From positions 1 through 64,000 of IMG/VR virus record IMGVR_UViG_3300025099_000016: a DNA stretch of 64,000 nt; one strand, given 5' to 3'. A model generated the notes under the pieces. That model was not told the origin of the DNA. It made no database searches and saw nothing but the letters and a program-made list of their open reading frames with translations. Shown one piece after another: positions 58,701-64,000 of this stretch. The stretch's first letter is position 1; every line of letters begins with the position of its first letter. This stretch comes from a virus (lineage: Duplodnaviria > Caudoviricetes). The position numbers and the translations under genes are program-made.

Positions 58701-61700
58701 GTTTAGCACCCAAGCTAGTATTGATCTTAATATCACCACTCTTCAAAGCATCCATTAACAAGGTTACTTTCTCCTCAGCTCTAACAGACTCAGGCTTATT
58801 AATATAAGCTGTTAATCTACTAGACATTTCAGATTGAGCTACAGCATCTGGATCTAAATCACTTAGTATATCATCAACAGCATTACCCAAAGCAATAGCA
58901 GCTCTAGGATTATCCGCTAAAGTATTCTTTAACAACTGATGCATCATCTCATGTTGTACTACGTTCGTAGCGCCTCTCTCGGCAGCAAACTCAGGGTTCA
59001 CTAATATCATATCTGCATGTATAGCAGAAGCACCGTGGCTGTTATTAAACGTTTCCTCAGTTAAAGCCTTCACACTAGCCTTATCCTCTTGTAACTGCTT
59101 TATCTCTTCTTTGATCTTAGTTTTAGATTCTTCGTCAGCAGTTTTTAAATCTTCCTTCTTCTTCTTTATTTTCTTATCAACAGCTTCTACCTCAGCTTTC
59201 TTATAAGTCTTTAACTGTTCACTTATGTTTTCACTATCAATCTTTACAACACTTATAGGTTTACCAAACATCTTGGTAGCTTTTCTTTCAAGCTCCTTAG
59301 TATCTCTTTCTACTCTACCTAAGTTTTCACTTTTGTTAGCGTTAGCTATTGTTTGATTTTTTAAAGCTGTTAAGTTAGCTATCTGAGCGTTGTTATCTTT
59401 TACTTGAGACTCTATTTGTTCTGGAGTTAAACCAAATTCACCTCTAATGCTTTTGTTATTAGCTTTTAAAGCAGCTATAGTTACGTCTACATCTATTAAA
59501 GCTTGCTTCTCTTGCGGTGTCATTTTATCTATGTTAGAAACAGTCTCATCCATTAGCTGTGAATGTTGACCCACTAACATACCTATATCCGACTCTATAG
59601 CTTTTCTATTTTCTGGAGACAGTTCTACCTCACTAAGTATTCTACTTTTTTGTTGTATCTTTTCACTTATACTTTGTAACTCAGCTGTAGCATCTGTAGA
59701 TTGAAAAGCTTTAGCTACATTCTTACCTATTAAAGGAGACTTGTATACGAGCCCACTCATAAATACACCACTAATGAAACTTTCGGTTGCACCTTCTAAT
59801 AGTGATTTACTCTCATCTCCTAATATAAATCTATCAGTAGCATTGGAAGCTAATTGAGCTAAAACCTCTGTACCACCTTCCTCTATAGGGTCGTATAAAT
59901 TCTCGTATAAACCTTTTCTAGTAAAAAAGTTTCGCTTCATAGTATTAGCAAAACCTCTCTTAGCTGCGGGGTTAGCTTTGAGTAGTGCTTTAACTTTATT
60001 GGCTTGACCAAGTGTAACCTTCTCAGATAGTCCCTCCGCTAAACCAGTTAGTATAGCAGTGGAATACTTTTGAGCAAATGTATAATTTTTCCCTGTATCT
60101 CTTTCCTCTCTATCTATATCCTTAAACTTCTGACCAGCAGAAGAAGCTCCTAATATAAAAAGACTCGCACCGCCAGTAGTAAACGTAACAGCTGTATTAG
60201 CTGCTTGAGACGTAACTAAATGACCAAACCACTCTCCAAGCTCCTCTCCATTACTAATATCTTTAAACTCTCCAGGTTTTTCTAAACCATTTAGTAAGTC
60301 TTCGTTAACTTTATCTATAGCGTCTATTCCTTCCCTAATAAGAGGAGTAGCTTTCATCATTCCCGATGCTACTGGACCCATTAGCGGTGCAATCCACTCT
60401 GGCATATCTAATTCTTTAGGTATTTCCAAAGCTTTCTGACCAACCTCTAATACTCCAGAACCTAATGTCATAGCACCAGAAGCTAGTTGACCACTCAAGT
60501 TAGCAGCCCAACCATAGTTCCTACCAACAGCATCTAAGTAACCAGTTAATTCCTCTTCCTTCTCAACTAGACCAGAACCTTCTTTCTGAGCGTTATCAAA
60601 ACCTTTTAAGTTCTTGTCTCTAAAGTCTATTAATTCCTCGTATGTTAAACCACCACCACTATCATAGTCTGTATTTAATTTATCAAACTGCAACCTTAAA
60701 CTAGCTAACTGCTTGTTAGCATCATCAACCTCTTCTTGAGTTTTATATTCCGCTGAGTTTATTTTATTCGCTTGAGCATTTATATCTCCTAGCTTTGTTT
60801 GAAGATTCTTTAAGTCATTGAATTTAGATTCTACACTCTCTAAGTTTGATATAAACTGTTTAGACCTCTTAACATTACTTTGAATCTCATTGTTTAGCTT
60901 CTTAGCGGACTCACTGGTTTCTTGTTCTAAATCTTTTTGATATGAACTTTTTTTAGAGCCAGCTGCTAATATCGAAAATGGATTCTCAACGGAAGATAAC
61001 TCTTCCATTGCTTCTTCAAAGTTATCCTCAAACTCTTGTTGCTCTATGTTTTTAGATCTTGCTTTAAGCATTTCAGTGTTGATAGACTCTTGAGGAATGT
61101 TTTTAATAAAATCCTCGTACTTCTCCGTGCCGGGCTCTAGTTTTTCGCCTGTAGTAGAATAATGAGATCTAAGAATATTTCTAGTAGCTTCCTCTTTCAA
61201 GCTATTCAATTCTCTATTAGCTTCAACCTGCTTATTTCTAGCTTGTTGATACTCTGCGTTAGAACCAGAGAAAGCTCCCGCTGTGGAATACTTAGAGGTA
61301 AAAGCATTATGTTTTACTACATTTTTAGGAGGTAACTCTGCTTGAGAAATTTGATTTAATAAGTCTATCTGCCCTTGAGCTTCTGACTGTATCTCAAGTA
61401 GTCTCTCTTCTTTAGGTTTGAAAGCTCTAAATTTATCTAGAGTACTATCTACTGATTCCGAAGAAGTACCTTCCGAAGGTGATTCCGTATTTGTTGTTTG
61501 ATTTACTTGAGGTGGATTTACCTCTTGAGTCTGTGCTGCAGTTTCCGATCCCGCAGTCGCACTTGTTGCAGGATCTTTCTGGTTTCCCTGATCTTGTGAT
61601 ACAGGTGATTTACCTTGAGATTTCATCGTTGATAAAAACTCTTCTTCTCTATGTGGAGCGACCTCATAAGGTTTACCATCCACTAAATAAACTTTGTTCA

Positions 61701-61701
61701 T
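52723..61701 (-). CDS. Giant polyvalent internal virion protein (HExxH domain, P-loop kinase, HAD phosphatase, C-terminal zinc finger)
   Basis: 2992 aa; HEMMH, GASGSGKST, FDFDETL..LTAR..FVDD and CKANTRGGKGPRCKNITERKNKRCYAH. Confidence 0.75.
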   Translation of the reverse strand: MNKVYLVDGKPYEVAPHREEEFLSTMKSQGKSPVSQDQGNQKDPATSATAGSETAAQTQEVNPPQVNQTTNTESPSEGTSSESVDSTLDKFRAFKPKEERLLEIQSEAQGQIDLLNQISQAELPPKNVVKHNAFTSKYSTAGAFSGSNAEYQQARNKQVEANRELNSLKEEATRNILRSHYSTTGEKLEPGTEKYEDFIKNIPQESINTEMLKARSKNIEQQEFEDNFEEAMEELSSVENPFSILAAGSKKSSYQKDLEQETSESAKKLNNEIQSNVKRSKQFISNLESVESKFNDLKNLQTKLGDINAQANKINSAEYKTQEEVDDANKQLASLRLQFDKLNTDYDSGGGLTYEELIDFRDKNLKGFDNAQKEGSGLVEKEEELTGYLDAVGRNYGWAANLSGQLASGAMTLGSGVLEVGQKALEIPKELDMPEWIAPLMGPVASGMMKATPLIREGIDAIDKVNEDLLNGLEKPGEFKDISNGEELGEWFGHLVTSQAANTAVTFTTGGASLFILGASSAGQKFKDIDREERDTGKNYTFAQKYSTAILTGLAEGLSEKVTLGQANKVKALLKANPAAKRGFANTMKRNFFTRKGLYENLYDPIEEGGTEVLAQLASNATDRFILGDESKSLLEGATESFISGVFMSGLVYKSPLIGKNVAKAFQSTDATAELQSISEKIQQKSRILSEVELSPENRKAIESDIGMLVGQHSQLMDETVSNIDKMTPQEKQALIDVDVTIAALKANNKSIRGEFGLTPEQIESQVKDNNAQIANLTALKNQTIANANKSENLGRVERDTKELERKATKMFGKPISVVKIDSENISEQLKTYKKAEVEAVDKKIKKKKEDLKTADEESKTKIKEEIKQLQEDKASVKALTEETFNNSHGASAIHADMILVNPEFAAERGATNVVQHEMMHQLLKNTLADNPRAAIALGNAVDDILSDLDPDAVAQSEMSSRLTAYINKPESVRAEEKVTLLMDALKSGDIKINTSLGAKLKSPIRRILQASGMKNVELNTAEDVLNFITDMNAKSNMFGRNKAFTKASLEGIKIGRELTAGVTEDTDTTVEPKESIDVEASERVQDLYKPILDIQNKEIKTEADLKMMARMKDDISGVIAMEYRGMAENIFSRALANAQTEDIRNDLLDNKEDIIADILYDPGTDKAKARTVLGLVKDFNPAKHKYQNVAAYINQFLPQRAKEVMAKRGVQDTATKSMTDEGIAKQAESVTTEEGIKQSGPKRKGIVLADRLKVRDKIAPKAKQYVKDNDLTGTTYKKTPNIATETVGELMSIPSKKITSNANLSKPELANAQMFIAKNADMLQSMLPEGATEDGTATGVQKVLLDKFYNKKSKREKTKAGLTAQSKKPNITRTEFLEVFGIIDGKPQRDDRNTSSRVLALAKQLDRAMSNQAIREVLMQDDTQATTVQQMASGKSPVMFSEDAVSVSRELKKYANMESRHILKDAGITDPLLSKVAKIVSTKVSRTRGEVPVTLINFESLVQIGREVGRDKTLGEETSRIIKTMADLDPVYATLFRVGMSNGRGKSMFGVKDVFDELAGMRRYELPNFLKRFRFHSTQKLDPKRVVKKNGEVKFIVGKQELSGKEFFEFEQQKIDFLAKMFTDVQKHLKNNPDDAWFFARFVTNASSNGDAIFRTSASLVGVYYKDGKLHYDVEMREEHSMPQNNIGTMFLSAAINQTPIDNVLKVAKAAFVQLSLTQVDDNMLKAIKDKDGNILRESLVDSMPNEFWEEVVPAILDDKLPWLDLGMASMIRYAKGGINLNNYFLPSKNMTIPEYFKVGIDTKGMSKTKVRALVDVQNNLISEILTGKITREQASEYVDAISEVGLIANEADIKNLDNTRKAREVVRNSTDGNIQRIVPDRKAILVVGASGSGKSTIIKKLGLKDQGFEVMNPDIALEKGIKKAGLPKDMNEFTREQSEKFWNLQYDSSADLDKLKAKQRETGKSIVTHSTGAQKAGVERSVREFKQAGYDVQIIFVDSSLETALARNKARPERILTNTAVKNSYKSIQANKKRFKELGVNFVEINTDNLKQDQPLPRNFIGKIDKFSEVRFDNANSKGMSTFDFDETLIIGGENFVVATDPVTKQQVKITSEEWPIEGPEYAAAGYEFDFSDFANVRGGKEGPLLQKLKNQIAKYGNKNVFILTARQQASAGPIQQWLKTQGVDLPLRNITGLGKSEGEAKGQWMLQKFAEGYNDMYFVDDALPNVKAVKDVLDQLDIKSKVVQAKLKFSQDGAANFNNILERSSGVPIGKVFSDAQARLRGKKVDGGILKKFFVPPSAEDFKGLLYNFLGKGKQGDADMAFFKEHLLDPFAKGIRDMNFAKQRTSEEFKTLKKEMPTVIKNLNKNVSGTDFTVNDAIRVYLWSKSGIDIPGISENEIELLSDHVNNDPKTKAFADTLGIISRAKDGYVTPDENWVVGNIASDLFGQSSQTNRAEFLSEWKDNVDIIFSPENMNKIEAVYGTDFRDALENMLYRMETGSNRVTGKKDKVVNGFMDWINGSVGAVMFFNTRSAMLQTLSTVNFIDWGDNNIFQAAKAFANQPQYWKDFITLFNSDMLKQRRSGMSIDVNLSELSNTVAKSGAKDKYKAAVRYLLQIGFTPTQIADSFAIASGGATYYRNKINKYIKEGLSQKEAETKAFDQFQEIAEETQQSSRPDLISQQQAGTLGRLVLAWQNTPMQYTRLTKKAISDLVNGRGDWKSHVSRILYYGAMQNVIFGSLQTGLAFLLFGGDEDEEKTKTKTTRVANGALDTLLRGTGVYGAMASTLKNTIMKYLEERDKPYGKRELSKVAIEAVQLSPPIGSKLRKIMSAIYSYEYNKDVPEKMGLDIDNPILNVIGNLVEATTNVPLARVVRKAQNLEEAINSNHETWKRVALIAGWDKWSLDVKDKELEEAKAKVKQERAGKKKAESEDKKKENKRKRAEAEKNRKDGDDLDGDGKKEYRCKANTRGGKGPRCKNITERKNKRCYAHQ

Positions 61702-61721
61702 ACTGTCTCGTTAGTTACCCG

Positions 61722-62984
61722 TTATTGTGCCCAATCTTGGTTGGGGTTCATTTGTTTTTCTTCTTGCTTTCCTTTCCAAGCCGTCTCTGCTAACCGCTGG
61801 AGTTCAACCTCAGATAACGTAGGTGACATCTGAGGTGGGTTATTTTGGTTGTAAACATCCACGTGAACTTTATGCTGCTTATCCCACCCCTGCTTGACAA
61901 ACTGTGTGTAGTAATCGACTAACAGCTCATCTCTTTCGCTCTTCATATTGGGATCTTTAATAAAAGCATTTATTATAGATCTTTGATCATCTTCACTTAA
62001 TCCATCACCTTTTAAGTCAACCATATTGTTATCGTCTCCAGCTGGTGGATCTATGCCTAAGCTCTCATAGCTTATAGCGCTTAAATAACCAGAATTAAGT
62101 AGATCATCTTTAAAAGATTTCTGTCTAACTAAAGGATCATGCATTAGTGATATTTGCTTACCGTTTTTAACCAAACGTCTAACGGCATTTTTAGTTTCAT
62201 CAGCGTTAAACACGGATTGGTGATTACCTTTCTTTGCTTCTTTAGCTGATATTTCTTTTAATTCCATTATACCTTTAGCACTAGCTGCGTCGACTTGAAA
62301 CTTACTAGACAACTGTTGAGCGTCATTAATTGACATCATAGTACCATCTTCATTTTTAAAACCGGCTTCAACACCTACCATGTTACCGTCTTTGTCAAGA
62401 ACCTCTATAACACCTAAAGCATCGTCTCCATTGTGATTGCCAAGCATAGCTCTAGCTTCCTCATCGTCTTGCAAACCCAAAGAGTAACCTGCTGGATCAA
62501 AAGCCCCATCACTAAGATTCTGCTTAGACCATAGAGCTGCATTGGTTTTACGTTGTGCTTTGAACCCGTTAACTTGGTTGTTTAGTCTTTGTACATTATT
62601 TAAAGCTTCCGCTTGTTGACCTTTATCTCCGTTTAAGAATAATTGTTGCATTTGAGGGTGCTCCTCTAAAACGCTTCTTAGTTGCCTATGATTATTAGTT
62701 GATAGTTCTCCATTATCTCCTAGTATAGAATTAGCTTTGTCGTAAGTATTTTTATCCCAAGCTTTTTGCTTAGCTTGCCTTTCAGCTTTGATACCTTCTT
62801 CTCTTTGCTGCCACTCTAGCTCAGCTTGTTCTTTAGCTGCTTTTTTTCTTTCAGCTATATCGTTAACAGTTTCGTTTAGTGTATTCTGCAACTCCATGCT
62901 AGCTTTATCTCTAGCTTTCATTTGCTCACTATACCTAGTAACGTTATAAGCTCCTTTAATTAACTCTGGATAGTAAGCTCCCAT
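61722..62984 (-). CDS. Putative internal virion (ejection) protein
   Basis: 420 aa, helical, between the giant protein and the Q/A-rich protein. Confidence 0.55.
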   Translation of the reverse strand: MGAYYPELIKGAYNVTRYSEQMKARDKASMELQNTLNETVNDIAERKKAAKEQAELEWQQREEGIKAERQAKQKAWDKNTYDKANSILGDNGELSTNNHRQLRSVLEEHPQMQQLFLNGDKGQQAEALNNVQRLNNQVNGFKAQRKTNAALWSKQNLSDGAFDPAGYSLGLQDDEEARAMLGNHNGDDALGVIEVLDKDGNMVGVEAGFKNEDGTMMSINDAQQLSSKFQVDAASAKGIMELKEISAKEAKKGNHQSVFNADETKNAVRRLVKNGKQISLMHDPLVRQKSFKDDLLNSGYLSAISYESLGIDPPAGDDNNMVDLKGDGLSEDDQRSIINAFIKDPNMKSERDELLVDYYTQFVKQGWDKQHKVHVDVYNQNNPPQMSPTLSEVELQRLAETAWKGKQEEKQMNPNQDWAQ

Positions 62985-64000
62985 TATATAATTCTTTTAA
63001 ATTGTACATCTAAGTTAGAGTAGTCAACTGTTTCAAAGCCACTACCGTGAACGTGAGATGCTTGAGGAACTTCGTCAGACATAACACCTTGATAAACTCC
63101 TTCGCCAAACGATTTGTCTATATACTCGAAAGTATATATGTTTAAACCACTAGGTGAAGTACCTATTTTATTAATATTCTTTTTTAATCTTCTATCAGAG
63201 AATATACTACCTATACCACTAACCATGCCACTGATAGCACTACTCTGTTGTGCTTGACCTGCAGCAACCTGCTCTTGATAGCCAGCCATTTGTTGTTGAG
63301 ACATACCCATCAAAGTAGCCGCCTGATCCATCTGCATTTGGCTAGACCACTGCTGACCCTGAGCTACCTGGCTCTGTATGTCCATACCTGCACCAGCTTC
63401 TGCCATAAGTGCTTGTCCTCCAAAACCCGCTTGCTGCATTTGTAAGTTGGTAGCCCCCTGAGCTTCTTGAGTTTGAAGTTGGTTTGCCATTTGAGCTTGT
63501 GCCATTTGTAAGTTTGAGCCCTCACCGGCTTGCGCCATTTGTAATTGACTACCTTGTTGAGCAGCCGCCATTTGTAGGCTAGCCGCTTGTTGAGCTTCTG
63601 CGCTTTGTAATCTACTAGCCTCACCCTTCTGCAATCCCTGTATTCTAGCAGCTTCTTGAGCTTTAGCTCTTTCGTTAGCAGACTCCTGTTGACCAATACT
63701 AGCAGAGGCTTGTTGTGAAGCTAGCTGACCCGATTGAGCCATTTGTTGTGCTAACGCTGCTACACCGCTGCCACCGGCTGATTGTTTCATGTTAGCCATT
63801 ATGTTAGCCCTCTGTTGTTGACCTTGCTGCGCTTCGAATTGAGCTTGCTTTTGATCAACTGTTAAGTCTTCCATAGTATTCTCCATGCCTTCATACATAT
63901 TCTTCTGGTTAGACATAGTATTAGTTAATCCAGCCATAGTATTCTCTAAACCAGCGTACTGATTTTGTAGACCACTCATAGTATTCTGCATGCCAGCATA
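62984..64000 (-). CDS. Q/A/M-rich virion protein with C-terminal peptidase S74-like chaperone domain (5' partial)
   Basis: Frame is open to the window edge (YAG-MQNT); C-terminal IFSDRRLKKNI..IYTFEY..YQGVMSDEV..VDYSNLDV. Confidence 0.7.
   Translation of the reverse strand, partial: YAGMQNTMSGLQNQYAGLENTMAGLTNTMSNQKNMYEGMENTMEDLTVDQKQAQFEAQQGQQQRANIMANMKQSAGGSGVAALAQQMAQSGQLASQQASASIGQQESANERAKAQEAARIQGLQKGEASRLQSAEAQQAASLQMAAAQQGSQLQMAQAGEGSNLQMAQAQMANQLQTQEAQGATNLQMQQAGFGGQALMAEAGAGMDIQSQVAQGQQWSSQMQMDQAATLMGMSQQQMAGYQEQVAAGQAQQSSAISGMVSGIGSIFSDRRLKKNINKIGTSPSGLNIYTFEYIDKSFGEGVYQGVMSDEVPQASHVHGSGFETVDYSNLDVQFKRII

Noticed and set aside
48912-63445. Plus-strand track ORFs across the right block (e.g. 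50466, 52745, 56009, 58427, 61479)
   Set aside because: They are antisense shadows of the LamG, giant and internal virion genes.
1-64000. Alternative genetic code (stop-codon reassignment as in some crAss-like phages)
   Set aside because: Long standard-code ORFs tile both blocks densely, and no suppressor tRNA is seen.

Overview
The window is most of a tailed dsDNA phage genome, probably infecting Bacteroidota/Flavobacteria. Starts have AT-rich leaders without Shine-Dalgarno motifs, and the portal, scaffold, capsid and tail-ring genes follow a crAss-like/flavophage-type order. There are three blocks. (1) A minus-strand virion and packaging operon (1-22579): tail proteins, major capsid, scaffold, portal, terminase, holin, GroES/GroEL and basic proteins. 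(2) A divergent plus-strand early/middle region (23334-44626): many small ORFs, tRNA-Arg, ligase, UV glycosylase, HTH protein, sigma factor, ERF/exonuclease, primase-helicase, a ThyA-fold enzyme, MazG, endonuclease I and RNR. (3) A second minus-strand virion/lysis block (44792-64000): PhoH, M15 peptidase, fibres, a LamG protein and a 2992-aa polyvalent protein. The most notable observations are: a 32-bp motif repeated 12 times ahead of early genes; a ThyA-fold enzyme with the dCMP-type Asp next to MazG, predicting modified cytosine; extreme G-depletion of the plus strand at the early end, including a C-rich hexamer tract; three TGTGACA dyads plus a TGACA iteron cluster tied to an HTH gene; a kinase+HAD (PNKP-like) module in the giant virion protein; candidate tRNA-like structured RNAs; and no DNA polymerase in the window. 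All calls are by-eye motif recognition, with no database searches.
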